NCBI GenBank assembly: GCA_963693365.1
Contig: CAVNZM010000007.1
Location: 62,001-126,000 of the forward strand
Direction: 5' to 3'
From: Amoebidium appalachense
Lineage: Eukaryota; Protista; Ichthyosporea
Length of the DNA: 64,000 bases
A program made the translations under genes and the position numbers. The first letter of the stretch is position 1, and each line of letters begins with the position of its first letter. This document shows, piece by piece, positions 27,678 to 40,645 of the stretch. The notes beneath the pieces were generated by a model. The model ran no database searches, was not told where the DNA came from, and worked only from the letters and a program-made list of their open reading frames with translations.

Positions 27678-30090
27678 GGGGGGGTGTTGTTGAAGAGTGG
27701 TGGTTGATGAACTAGGCCACCCATTGCACTATCCATGTATATGTGACATCTAGACTTCATGTTTGGCATCTATGGGGCTGTACATACAGCAGTGTGTGCT
27801 CTGGTTAGGAACACACACAGTTGGGCCCAGTGGGCCTCCGTTACTTCGATCAGTTAGACAGTGAAAATATGTCGAATCAAGTTCACTTGCTCCCCCCTTC
27901 CCCCCCCCCCCCCCCCCCCGGGGCCCGCGTGTGCGCGGCGTGCGCGCACACACACACAAGTTCTCAGATGATCATGCACTGCTTGGACGGGCGGGGAAAT
28001 TTCAAAGCGCATATGGGCATGAAGGGGATAGCAAGGCCACGTTCCAGTGGTTTTCTGCAGCAGGCATAGGCCGCAACCCACTGCGAACATGACGAGCCAT
28101 GACCACATGTACATCCACGGCCGCAACCATATATCGAGGGGGCCGGGGGGCCGGGGCCGGGTGGGGGGGATTGGGGGGAAGGGGCCAAGTTGGAATGGTT
28201 GGCAAATGTGCTCATGATACATACTGCGCGCAGCCGGCCTCATGAACTGTCGTGAACGCCCCGGGCCAGTCTCGTGTACTGCACATCATTGGCTATGTAC
28301 ATGTAGCTCACTGCGCTACCACTCATGCATGCTGCTGAGCGGCTTGAGCCCCGGTTGGCCGACCCCTACGTGTATACCTACAACGCAACGGTGCACGGCC
28401 GTGCGTGCGAGGCTCGGCGCTCACGTAAAGCGAGGAAAATGGCGCGCATTTTAAGCCAATGGTCGTAATAGTGATGACGGTGATAAGCCATATTAAGTGA
28501 CGTGTGGTTTAATATCATTGGAACAACCTGGTGGGACAACAAGCCTCTGCAGCTGGGAAACATGAAGAAAACCGTTTTCCGGAAGTCTTACGAAGTTCCA
28601 GAAAACACGTAGACACTTCAAGGTAACAGGTAAAGACTCTAGAGAGGCCGTGACTTCAGTTTCTGAATCGAAGACTTTCCTAAATTAGCACCAGGCCTAC
28701 GGGCGAGGCATAAACTTGGCACATGAATGAGCACTTGCCTTCCTTTTCCCCCCCGCCGAGAGTCTCCCTTTCCTTTCCCCTCCCTGGTTAGTCTTCCCCT
28801 TTTCAGAATTGTAGCCAGCCGGATTTAGGAAAGTTTTTTTGTAAGGTTGCTACCTACCGGTGCCATCGCAAACACCTGATCGTACAACCTGCACATTCGT
28901 TGAAAGCACACGGCCGTTTTCTAATTCCCGCTAACACCGTGTTCAACGGTTTTCGCTGGCTACCATCATGGCAAGTTCCTTCGCTTCTGCTCCCATCCTG
29001 CAGGATGATAACACAAAACCGTAGACTGCTGCTGAGCCCTCCTTCCCCCTCCCCCCCCCCCTTCCCCTTCCCCTCCTTGGCCTCCGTTGCTTGAATGAGA
29101 GGTCTCCACACGCATCGGCTTTCCCAACTTGCCCTTTTGGCCTCAAATGGACTCCTCCCCCCCCCCCCCCCTTCTTCATTCCCCACCCCCGCCCCCGTCC
29201 ATCACTCCTTTTTCCTTCCCCCTCTCGCTCTCCTCCACTGACACCATCATCACACCACGCACGCAAATCCACTAGAAAGCACACACCCATGCCCGCCCGA
29301 GAGAAAGCACACGTGCATGCCCGTGTGCATGCACACATACATGCCCGACCCGAAGCTTAAGCTTGCTCCACTTTTCACGCTTTCCCCCCTCCCTCCCCGC
29401 CTCCACGCCATCGCCCATGTGGTCGGCCGGCTCCTTCTCTCCGCCACCTCTGACCCTCTTCCCTGCTTTGTTATCAGCCAGCCAATTCCCCATTCCATCC
29501 CTTGTGTTGCCTTCTCGATCTCCTTGTACAAGCAGATCTAAATGTAGCTGTGAACCACCAAGCAAAACCCATCTATAACCGGCTACAGCACCAACATGGT
29601 GTTTCCACTTTCATGCACAAAATGACTGCCACCTTGGTTGCCCGTGTTAGTCTTCCCCACCCCCCCCCCCCCCCCCAAATAGCATCACCTCCCCTTTCTC
29701 GCATTCGTGCCTTGAGCTAGTTCTGGTTTGTAATAGTGCAGGAGGGGAACGGAGGGTTGGGGGAGGGGAGGGGGGGGGGGGGGGGGGGAGGGCGGGGGGA
29801 GAGGGCTAGGTGGGGGTGTTGGGGATGTGTTTTTTTGTTGTTTTTTTTTTTGGGGGGGGGGGGAGGGGGGGGGGGGGGTGGGAGGAAGGGGGGAGAGGGC
29901 TAGGTGGGGGTGTTGGGGATGTGTTTTTTTGTTGTTTTTTTTTTGGGGGGGGGGGAGGGGGGGGGGGGGGGGGGGGAGGGGGAGAGGGGGGAAAGGTTGC
30001 CAAGACAGCAAAAAAGAAAATGAGTGACGGAGCAGGGAATCATTTCTCTCAAATTACTTGTCACACTGATCTTCCTCCACAGCCTGCCTG

Positions 30091-31103
30091 ATGGCCCTCC
30101 TATCCCCCGAGCTGCGTGCCAAGATCATGCAGTCACTCCAACAGCCCGACCTTGTCTCCTTGTCCCTCACCTGCCGCAACATGGCCCACCTAGCAAGAAG
30201 CAGCCTAGCGGGTACCCTCCACCTGGTTATCCCCCCTGCATCCAACTACTACGCCACAACAGATGTTGGGTTTGACGGGTATGTGATGCCTAGGTGGACT
30301 CAGACCTTTGGCCCGTATATCCAAGGTTGGGGCCGTGCCACTGGAAAGGTGACCATCAACGTCACGCTCCTGTGCCACGTGCTGGATGCTGGGGACGGGG
30401 CGGCACGGCATGCAATTATGTTCCTGCTGGAGCTACTGGCCACACAGCTGGCCCGCATGCCCAACCTCACGTGTGTCAGGTGGGTGTGCATCAAGTTCAG
30501 ACACGTGAGGGGTATCGGCGATGTGCGATGCACCAATGCGGACCTGACGAACTTTAAGAACTTCCACAACGGGTGTCTGGCCGCAGTGCTCAGACATGTG
30601 GGTGGGCGCTTGCAGACAGTGGAGATCACAGGCGGAGACACAAGCAACCAAGACCAGCCAGACGTCCAGCCGGACCAAATCCCGCCGTCCGTGTCCAAAC
30701 TCGTGTTGAGTGTGTACCCACGGTTGGGCAGTCTGGTGCTGTCGGATTTCATCTGCCCCAACCTCGCATCCATCCCTGCAAACATCACCCATTTCACCTA
30801 CTCCACCTCTGTGCCCACCCATATTCTTGCCCTCGCCGATTCCTTTCCCTTGCGGCCCATCTTCAGCGCCTAGACACAGACATTCTGGCCAGCAACATCC
30901 AAGAGGCAACGTCTGTTATGGAGGCCTTAGGCCAGTGCACCAACCTTACCCGTCTGGACCTGGACATCAGCATACCCGAGTACAGGGGCACCATCAGCCT
31001 GGCCCCACTGGCACCGTGCACACGCATCAAGCGCATATGCCTAGGTACCATGGGCTGCTTTTCAACTATCCCGGGCTTCACCCGCCTGAAATTGTGCGGC
31101 TGA
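30091..31103 (+). pseudogene. Intronless F-box/LRR-like gene with a frameshift near 30840-30870 and a decayed 3' end
   Basis: N-terminal F-box pattern LSPELRAKIMQSLQQPDLVSLSLTCRNMAHLAR; LRR-like segments MPNLTCVRW and LGQCTNLTRLDLDIS. The first frame stops at 30873; LRR-like text continues in the -1 frame to TGA at 31103. Confidence 0.72.
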
Positions 31104-31797
31104 TGGTTATGGTCGGGCCACATGTAAATTGTGTCTAGCATGTATATATGGACGAGCAAAACCCACAGAGTGAATGCCTGCTGGACGCTTGCCAATCTAG
31201 TCACACATGCGCAGTCCATCAGTAATAGTGCATCAATATTGCATGTGCGGCGCATCATGAATACTTCTTAGTGGCGAACGACAGCTCCCTCTAAGCACCT
31301 GTGAGTTGCACCATAGGCTGCAAACATCGCCAACTTAGCTTGCAGTAGTGCATGTGCCACATGCGCCCTGTCTCTGGGCCATGCCATTACAGAGCCCTGT
31401 GTTCTCCCACGTGTTGCCACGCGCCTGAGCAAGTGACGTATGCGCACACCTGCCTCAGTCACGTGTGTTTTGGGTTCATCCGATTGGTTGCTGTAAAATT
31501 TTTGACACGGCGTGGTGCGTTCCGAACCAATCATATGCTGCTTGTGCGCACCGTGTGTGTGCATGATGGCTGCATGCTGAGAGGGAGAAAACGGAGAGGC
31601 TGTATCCATATTTTCTGCCTACAGACAGACACCTACGGGCTGTTACATGCTTTATATAATCACAAAAGAACAACGGAGACCCACAAAGGGACTCGTCTTT
31701 TCTGTCATCGTGGGCCCCTTCTTCTGACTTGCTTCCTCCGAGATACTTGCAAACAAAGGACTTGCCTACCAGTGACTTACAACCCCATCTTGCAAAC

Positions 31798-33256
31798 ATG
31801 GGTACACGGGTGGGCGCAGCACTGTTTCTGTGTGCCAGACGGAGTGGGAACCTTACCCGCCTGGGTATGTACCCGTTTGTTCTGCACGCAAACGCAGACT
31901 CTTTCCCCGCCTTTGTTTTTTCTTTCTCCTTGCATCTACTTACTCAGGCCAAACTCTCTTGATTCTTCCAGTCTTTGGACAACAACGAGTGCGCTAGGAA
32001 CTAACAACTTCATACCCCACCCACCCCAAAAAGCCTACCTCCATTCCTTCCCCCCTCTCCATTTCTCACTTTTACCACTCTATCTTTCTCTGTTTCGCTC
32101 CCTCCACCTTCTCCCCCCCCCCCCCCCCCCCCCCTCTCTCCCCCCTCCCCGGTCGGGCCCTTCCCCCCGTGACTTTTTCTTTTCTCCACACGTCCTTCCT
32201 CTCCTCCCCCTCCCCGTCTTTACCCCCCCCTTCTCCCCCTCCCCTCCCCTCCTCCCTTCCCCCCGCTGCTACGTACCCATCAGGTCACCCACGGCCACTC
32301 CTCTGCTGTGGACGGCCCCAAGCAGTCACCCCGGTTCAAAATCTGCAGCGCCGGTTCCTATCGCAGGTGGGTGCCACTAATAACTTCCCAGACGGTTTTG
32401 CACGGTGCGTATTGGGTCACTGTTCTCTTGGAGCTATCGTGTAATATCTTATGCGCTCTTTACTATTTAACAACTATTGGCATACGGACTAATTCCCTCC
32501 AACACTCTCAAAGCACTGGCACATTTGGTAACTGGGGCCTGACATTAATCTTGGTCGACGAGAGCCTCCCGTGCCATTACCTTCCGTCCCCCTCACACCC
32601 CCCACCCCCCCCGGATCCCTTTCCCCCTTTGTGTTGGCTGATCTGGGATCCTCCTGCCCATCTATTCGCATGCCGTACACTCCTGGTGTTGATGTTTTTT
32701 TCCTTTTTGCGCCTCACATGTGGCTTCATTGAGTGTCGTGCGCTGTGTGTTGCTTGCCTTACCATCAGCTGTCTTCATTCAACCTCAATTTTTTTCCTCA
32801 ACAGGCCATGAACGCATTCTTCCCCCCCCCCCCCCCCCTCCAAACCCCCCTTCGTGCACTACTTACTTCGTGCCATATTTTCCTTCCCTCTTCCAGCAGC
32901 AACTACCACACACACAGGTAGGGTGGTATCGGAGACAGGGGCAGCGACTCAAAGAGACCATTCGCACATACGGGCCTGTGGGGGTAGGCCTGTACAGCAG
33001 TGTGTACGTGTGTGTGCTGGGGGGCACGTACGTGGCTGTGAGTGCGGGAGTGGACATGCACTCGCTGCTGGAGAAACTGGGCATGGGCCATAGACTAGAT
33101 GCCCTGGACGGCGCTGCTGGGTCGTTTCTGGTACTTACCCCTCCCCCTGTGCGCGTGCACACACACACTTGCGCCCCCAGCCAACCCCAGCCCACTGGTG
33201 CCGCGTTTTTTTTTTTTTTTTTTTTTTTTTTTTGAGAGAGGGGAGGGGGTGGGGGT

Positions 33257-33293
<37 letters not shown>

Positions 33294-33381
33294 GGTCTTT
33301 ACGGTGCTTTTGCTACACGTCGTCGTTAAACTTTAAACATCGTGCTGTGAAGTGCAATTGCCCCCCCCCCCCTCCCCCCCC

Positions 33382-33412
<31 letters not shown>

Positions 33413-33580
33413 ACACACATACACAAAAACGCGCGCGCGCACACACGTGCCCCCCGTCCCCTCACCCCAAGCCCTCCCCCCTCCCCTCCCCCCAAGCCCT
33501 TACCCCACCTTCACTTTCACGAACCCCCCCCCTCCCCCCTACCTACACGCCCCATACGCACACGCACACATACCCACACA

Positions 33581-33628
<48 letters not shown>

Positions 33629-33799
33629 AACACATACACACTTCGTCCTCATAAACACGTCCCCCCCCCCCCCCCCCCCCCCCCCCTCCCCCCCCCATCT
33701 CTTTATGTGTGTTTTTTTTTTTTTTTTTTTTTTTTTTTTAGGGGGGTTGGTCTGTGTTGTGTTCCTGTCGTGGTGTAATGCATCCGCACTGACAAGTCC

Positions 33800-33855
<56 letters not shown>

Positions 33856-34281
33856 TTCCCTTCCAAATTCACTCACACACTCCCCACCTCACCCCTCCCT
33901 TTCCCCCTTTACTCTCTCCCCTCAAGTTCCCACTAAAAACTACGTTTGTGTCCACCCTTCATTTAATTTTTCCCGGGCACACGTGCGCCCACACACACAG
34001 GCACGCGCCCACACACACACCACACGCACGCACACGCACACACACACACACACACACAGGTAGCCTACTTTCTCACGGCACTGACTGGGCCTCTTCGTAT
34101 GGGTCTTGTTGCTGCTGCAACCCCCACCCCTCCACCGTGCATTGCAACCTCACTTCCACCGCCTAGAGCCAATCAAAAAGGTCTGGACGAAATGGACGGG
34201 GAGGGGGCGGTGAGATGCATTCATGATACTAGGCAAAGCTCAAAGAGGGGTGTGCTGTGGGGCAGGAAATATGGTTTTTAG
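31798..34281 (+). CDS. FAM210/DUF1279-family mitochondrial membrane protein, 4 exons; last exon probably carries a 1-nt indel
   Basis: Exons 31798-31864, 32284-32366, 32897-33130, 34060-end. Arg-rich presequence-like N-terminus (...LQRRFLSQ), then RLKETIRTYGPVGVGLYSSV...GVDMHSLLEKLG...AAGSFLVAYFLTALTGPLRMGLVAAATP, matching the DUF1279 pattern. Confidence 0.82.
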
Positions 34282-35005
34282 TATTAGAAACATTCAAGAA
34301 ATATGGTTTTTAGTATTTATTCAATATATATTTGAACTGATGAAGTGATGACGATTTATTGGCGTTTCTTTAATGTTAACAACTAGCAGCATGACGAGGT
34401 ATATGCAAGCACACCGTTTGCTTGCACGAGCTGCGCATCTTTTTTACACACACATGTGATTATGTACACACAAATCAACGCAGGCACGTGCACACAGGGA
34501 CATTCACAGGCACAAATACAACACAGACACGCTTGCACTCACACACACACACACACAGACACACACACATACAGCACAGCACAGCCCGTGATGGAGATGT
34601 TGAACGTAGAACCGAATGACAAGGGAACGTATTACAATGTATATACATACAAGTGTACATATCAGATCGCATAGATTACCTTCTAAACACCTGTGTGCAC
34701 AGTCCCGATTTGTATACTACATTTGATGAAAAGTAAATATAAACGTCGTTCATGAAGGGAATGCCAAGCATGCAAGAGATATATACATTAATATAAGCTG
34801 AACATACAAAAAAATGTACACCATCCATCTACAGGACTTCAAACCGCATTCAAAAAGAACAAAAGACGGCAAGCATGCAAGAGATACACTTGAATGTACC
34901 GATATATACCCCTTGTACACACAAGAAGAATTAGACCATCTATCTATGGTTTTACGTTTCCATTCATGCCTCACCCACTCCCTTCACTCCCTTTCCATCC
35001 CCCAT

Positions 35006-35433
35006 TCAGGCGCTAGTTGCACTCTTCCTCCTCCTAAAGCTACCAGCCAACACATTCCTAATAGTATGTAGTGACCCTCTCCTCTGCACGTTATTAGTCT
35101 CCTCCCTCTCCTCACTGGGCTGTGTGTCTACAGGGATAGACCCAGCCATGACGTATGTACGTGCATGCTGCTGGCAGTCAGGGCAGTGTGGGTCTGTGTG
35201 TGCCTTTGCATGCTTGTGCAGGGCAGGGCTGCTAATTTCAAAGGGTGTGCTCTGGGCGTGCAGTTGCTCGTAGCGGGGGGGTCTGCTCAGATAGTTGTCT
35301 AGGAGGACCGTCTCGAAGGGGATGTCGGTGTTGGCATGCTGCAGGGGGGCCCGTGTGAGCCGTGGATCATGCTAGAAGGGGCTGGAACCACTCCACAATG
35401 TATGCATGTGCGATTGCTCTCCCGACGTCGCCT

Positions 35434-35476
<43 letters not shown>

Positions 35477-35755
35477 TCCCCCTCCCTTCTCTCCCTCCCC
35501 ACCCTTTTCGTGTCGCCTCATTCAGACCTGACCACACCCAGCTTTGAGAGTCCAATCATACACACGGTATGCATCGTTCTCCTTTACCATTTGTTATGTG
35601 CAATCCCCCTTGCCACACACATGCGCACACCCCATGCTGCAATGCGCTGATAGGTGTTGGGGTGGTGTGGTGGCTGCAGCAGCGGGTACCTATTTATAGC
35701 TTGTACATCCAACGCCTGCCTGCCTGTGCTGGTGCACGTCCCTGTGTGTGCACGC

Positions 35756-35797
<42 letters not shown>

Positions 35798-36093
35798 ACG
35801 CACCTGGTCTGGCCTGTAGGGGCTCTGCATTGTGAAGGGCAGCTTGAGGGAGACCTGCCTGAAGGCACCAAACGAACACGTGACTTCCATGTAGTACCTG
35901 CCATATATGGAAGTCAGCACCAGCACGTGATTGAATGTTCTCTTAAAGTCACGTGTGTTGTGGACTGGCCCTTGCATGTTGGATGTGCATGGGTTGCATT
36001 ACAGAACCCGTAGAATTTCCCCTTTCAAGGCGACATTCAGATGACGGTGGTGGCGGTGGTGTGTGAGTGTGGGTCGACGAGCAAAGACTGTTG

Positions 36094-36136
<43 letters not shown>

Positions 36137-36963
36137 CGCACGCGCCCGCGCGCGCATACACGTGTTTTCAACTTTCTTTTTTGATTTTTTTTTTTTGTGG
36201 GGAGGGGGGGGGGGGGGGGTTTGAATGCGTCATAAAGTACGAAGTTCACAAGAACAACGGATAACACGATGCAGAATGCAAGCCATACATAAAGGGTATG
36301 CATAATAAGCAGAGCCCATCCTCAGGGGGGGACCCACGTCATCCACAGTACCCGAGTTTCGACCCATTCACCTCGTTAACGAAACCCAACTCAGATACTG
36401 TTTCACTTGAACATGGGTGGGTCACCCGTCTTGATCAGAGGCGAGCAGGGTTACTTATGCAGGCAAGGGCAGTGGGAAAGGCCGGGGGTTAGAGTTGCAG
36501 CATTAACCAGAAGCAAGAAAAAATATTGATAGGAACTCAGGAGACGGGGCTTCTGGAAAGCTCCCCCGTCGCTACCTAAGTCGACACTTCCCTGGCTAAC
36601 ATACTACACCAGCTGAAAAGAATCTCAAGTCCCTAAGGCCGCAGTTTTCGCAATCAGAGGGGCAAAAATGATATTTGACCCACGTCGCAGGGTAGTAACA
36701 CGCTTACTAGGGCGGAAGGGGGGGGGGGGGGGTTTGGCATGTACCTGACTGAGAGGGAAAATGTTTTCTGTGCCAGCACGGCCTGGGTGGTTGGTGCCGG
36801 CATGGTGCCCACACGTGCGCTGTGGGTGGCTGTGAGCATGCGGCAACACAATGCTGGGAGCACAAATCACAGTGAACTCTCAACAACTCACCAAGCGCAC
36901 GCACACATACCCACCCATACCCAAAGCCCATTCTCCCTCCCCACCCTCCCCCCCCCCCCCCCC

Positions 36964-37004
<41 letters not shown>

Positions 37005-37357
37005 CCCCTCCCCCGATGCACTGACTTCCAGCAACAACAATAATAGTAACAGTTCAACCCAAAATTAAAAGTTTTAAGACATGCACCTACCCCTTAGGCA
37101 CGGTAGCGACCTGAGGCATTAAGACCAGCAGCGTCTCTCTCAGCTCACCAGGCGGCACCACAAAGTCCCTCACCGCCCTATCTAGTTGCACTGCCTTACG
37201 ATAGTACATGACTGTTGTAAGGTCATACTCCACTACTTGCACACACCCCACCGTCACACGTGTGCACTGTAGACGTGATTGGTTGTTGACAGACACGTGC
37301 ACCGTCACGGGGTCACCCACGGTGTAGAGGGATTTGTCAAGTTGGGCATCCAGCCTA

Positions 37358-37427
<70 letters not shown>

Positions 37428-37431
37428 TAAA

Positions 37432-37473
<42 letters not shown>

Positions 37474-39718
37474 GCAAGAACGTTATGAGATAACCACACG
37501 TGTTAGGTACATACTTTCCCAGAAAACATCGTATGCAGTTTAAAGCATGAATGAGGAACATGTACGTAGGCACACCGACACTCACACGAACACACCGACA
37601 CAATACTCACACCCACCCACCCACACCCACCCACCTAACTTTGCCCCTGGACCTAAACATTGCCGCCTCTGTGGCTGCTGCAGGGCGCAGCTGCAGCTGG
37701 GGCAGATAGAGGGTGCCCCGCTGAAACTGGGCACTGGCTAGCTCCACCTTGTTACCGCAGCACACAGTCTGGGGGGGGGGGGGGGGGGGGGGGGGGGGTT
37801 TGAATGCGGAACACGGTACGAAGTGCGCATATACACGACGAGAAGCATGGTGCAGGGCACATGCAAAGGCAAACATTCAAGTATGCAACATCAGCCATGT
37901 GCACAGTATGCGTCATAAGCAGAGCCCAACCTCAGGGAAGACCCAAGTCATCAATTGCGTCTGAGTTTCGACCCCTTAGCCCGCGTATATACGACGCTCC
38001 AACTCAGTCAGCAGCATCAACTGAACTTGGGCGGGTCAACCCGTCTTGATCAAAGACGAGCAGGGTTGCTTATGCAAGCAAGGTGAGCAAAACGGTGAAG
38101 ATGTGTGTGCAAACTAATGCAGTGCAGCGAAAAATGAATGTGCTTACAGATGCACGACACAGAGCAACCATGCCCGGTTGCATGGAAGTAAAGCGGTCTC
38201 CACACAGTTGTCTGTCCTGAAAGGACACCCCCGAAAGAAGACTGGGGGGGGTTTGAATGCGGAACACGGTACGAAGTACGCATACACGACGAGAAGCATG
38301 GTGCAGGACACATGCAAAGGCAAACATTCAAGTATGCAACATCAGCCATGTGCACAGTATGCGTCATAAGCAGAGCCCATCCTGGGGGTTAGAATACTCA
38401 GTACAGCGCAAGGTACAAATCATTCGGAAATGAATAGACAACAACATAGTGTAGGCTTGAGAACTGTGTGCAATATTCATCAACATCAGAGGGGTGGGTG
38501 TGTGCACGGGGTGTGTGTGTGTGGTGGTGGTGGTGGTGGTGGTGGTGGTGGTGGTGGTGGCGGGGGGGGGATGTGTTACAGAGAACGAAAAACACATGCA
38601 CAACGGACAATACAGAGCAAATTCAGTAGTAAGAGCACATAAAAAGAGCATGCACATAAAGAGTACTAGCCCATTCTCCGGGGGGAAGGGGGAGGGGGTA
38701 GAATTTAAAGAACAGTGCCAACTTGAAGTACAAAACGCTGATAGAGAACGGCGGCAAGGGGGGATGGGGAGAGGGGAGGAAAAAACGAACACGGTGCACA
38801 ACAAGACACCACGTGCACACATGCGGGGGCACACGAGGGTACATACGTATGTTTGCAGCAGGCTGGCAGCCATCTCCCGTAATTCCCCCACCCCTTCCTC
38901 TCGAAACACCCCTACCCACCCACCCATGCCCACCCATACATAGCAGTTGCCAAATAAGGAAGTATCACTCACGTGTGCGGTGACCTTAACCAGCCACGTG
39001 ACCCTCCTGAGGTCCCCCTCAAACGACGCCGGATGATTGGATGAAGGTACGGATATGCTGAAGGGGTGCTCGAGCTCACCCTCGGCAATCAAAAATTGTG
39101 CCCCTAGGAGCCTGTGGAATAGAATACAGTGTGAATACTTTGGGAATAACTTAGAGGAGGCCCCAGAACGGCAAAAATGCTTTAAAACACCGCCTACACA
39201 TCCTGTCCCTAACTACATGTGTTCGTTGTAAGATTGAAAGTTTGGGCCGGTTCCATGGCCATGTTGGGTACCGCTCGATTGAGTGTATGGAACGTATGGT
39301 CAATATACCCGTTTGCTTGGGCACTTGTTCAGGCAGACGACCAGTTTTCACAAGAAAAACAATAGCTTTAGAAAGGTATAGGGTGTGCTACTGTAGTGCA
39401 CATCCACCAAAAAAAGGCCCGTGCCAACTGTGAATTTATGAAAAGACGGGAGGGAAAGGAGTGAATGGCAGTGGGAAGGAACGGCAAAACGAGCAGTCGT
39501 AAAGCCACAGTTGCGTTGCTGATTTTACAAATGACATAACCCTGTTATATTTCATCTGCTGTGCATTATCCCAAGTGCCATAGTCACATCAGCTGGCTAA
39601 GCCCACAAATCAACAAGCCCTTAGCCCCTTATGTATAACATGCACTTGTTTGCGTGCAAGAGCACACTTGCACATACAAAGACATCGAGACAAGCCCATG
39701 CGCACACGCACACGCACC

Positions 39719-39765
<47 letters not shown>

Positions 39766-40645
39766 ACAGAACACAGAGACACACACACACACACACGGGG
39801 GCGCACACACGCGCACACATGCAAGCACGCACACACACACGCACACATGCAAGCACGCACACACGCACCTGTGTGAGCGGTGCAGATAGACTATGCCGTG
39901 GTTCCACTTCTCGTCCACGTGCAGGCAGCATGACAGCACCACCTTGACGTTGCGGTACAGTGTCTCCGTGCCTGCTGACGTCAGCAACTTGCCTGCACGC
40001 AGTAGCATGAGAAGACTATTCAGGCTACGATGCGTTGCTGACGGAGCACAGTGAACAACAGCAAGGCCCGTGTGTTCCTTAACATCACCAGTAACATGAA
40101 CAAAATAAGGGGAGAGCAAAATAGCAGTAGGCACCATCCACCGTACCCGGTGTCGGCTTTTTAACCTGGTGTGCGTGTGCCCTGAACTAACAAACGTGGT
40201 GTGCACGTGCTTATGTTGTGGCCGTCAAACCAGCCAGCCACACACACGTGTAACTGGACGTGAACCTCTTAGCAACTGCCACCACAAGCAAGATCTGTGC
40301 ACAGTTGAGATGGTTATAGCAGGTCTCCTCTCCCATGTGTGCTCTGACGGGGATAGAGCTAACAGGAGCTGTTTACACCACAATCGTTGCCTGCATTTGC
40401 CTTGCTTCCGTCGGCCTACCTTCCCGCCTCCCCCACTTCTCCCCTCTCCAACCACTCGCGCGCACACACTTGCGCGCGCACACGCGCACGCGCACACACA
40501 CACACACACAGATGCACACACACGCACCCTCTATGCGGTCTCTGTCGTAGTACGTGTCCCTGTCCAGCTGCAGCCCAAACAGAGGAACCTCCACAGTGGG
40601 GTCGGCCGTGCACTTGGGCCGGTGCAGCTTCTTGTGCGTCCCCAT
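35006..40645 (-). CDS. Alpha-arrestin (ARRDC-like) with arrestin N and C domains and a C-terminal PPxY motif, 8 exons
   Basis: Exons 40645-40528, 39992-39869, 39111-38973, 37768-37635, 37354-37091, 36819-36745, 35897-35804, 35338-35006; GT-AG and in phase. Motifs: LQLDRDTYYDRDRIEGKL, GELEHPFSISVPSSNHPASFEG, GKVRLDAQLDKSLYTVGDPVTVHVSVNNQS, VRYYMEV...LKLPFTM, and PPRY in the tail. Confidence 0.88.
36220..36468 (-). mobile_element. Dispersed structured repeat, copy B (diverged; arrestin intron 6)
   Basis: Shares poly-G-TTTGAATGCG, ATAAGCAGAGCCC, GAGTTTCGACCC, AACTCAG, CCCGTCTTGATCA and GAGCAGGGTT.CTTATGCA with 37799-38148, in the same order. Confidence 0.78.
37799..38148 (-). mobile_element. 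Dispersed structured repeat, copy C (arrestin intron 3, abutting the 3' splice site)
   Basis: Inverted close match to 17933-18274. On the gene strand it reads GTAAGCAC...GCATTCAAA-poly-C-AG|exon 4. Confidence 0.85.
38252..38383 (-). mobile_element. Dispersed structured repeat, copy D (truncated, tandem to copy C)
   Basis: Near-identical to ~37799-37933, and bounded by G-runs (plus strand) on both sides. Confidence 0.85.

Noticed and set aside
27850-29720. Additional gene between COPB1 and the F-box locus
   Set aside because: A promoter-like AAAATGGCG occurs at ~28436, but no coherent coding exons were found; may be UTR or relic sequence.
30838-30852. Programmed +1 frameshift at TCC TTT C (influenza PA-X-like motif)
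   Set aside because: The downstream LRR-like frame is -1, not +1.
31948-31988. Extra exon in the FAM210-like gene
   Set aside because: It has AG/GT ends, but inclusion breaks the frame that joins 31864 directly to 32284.
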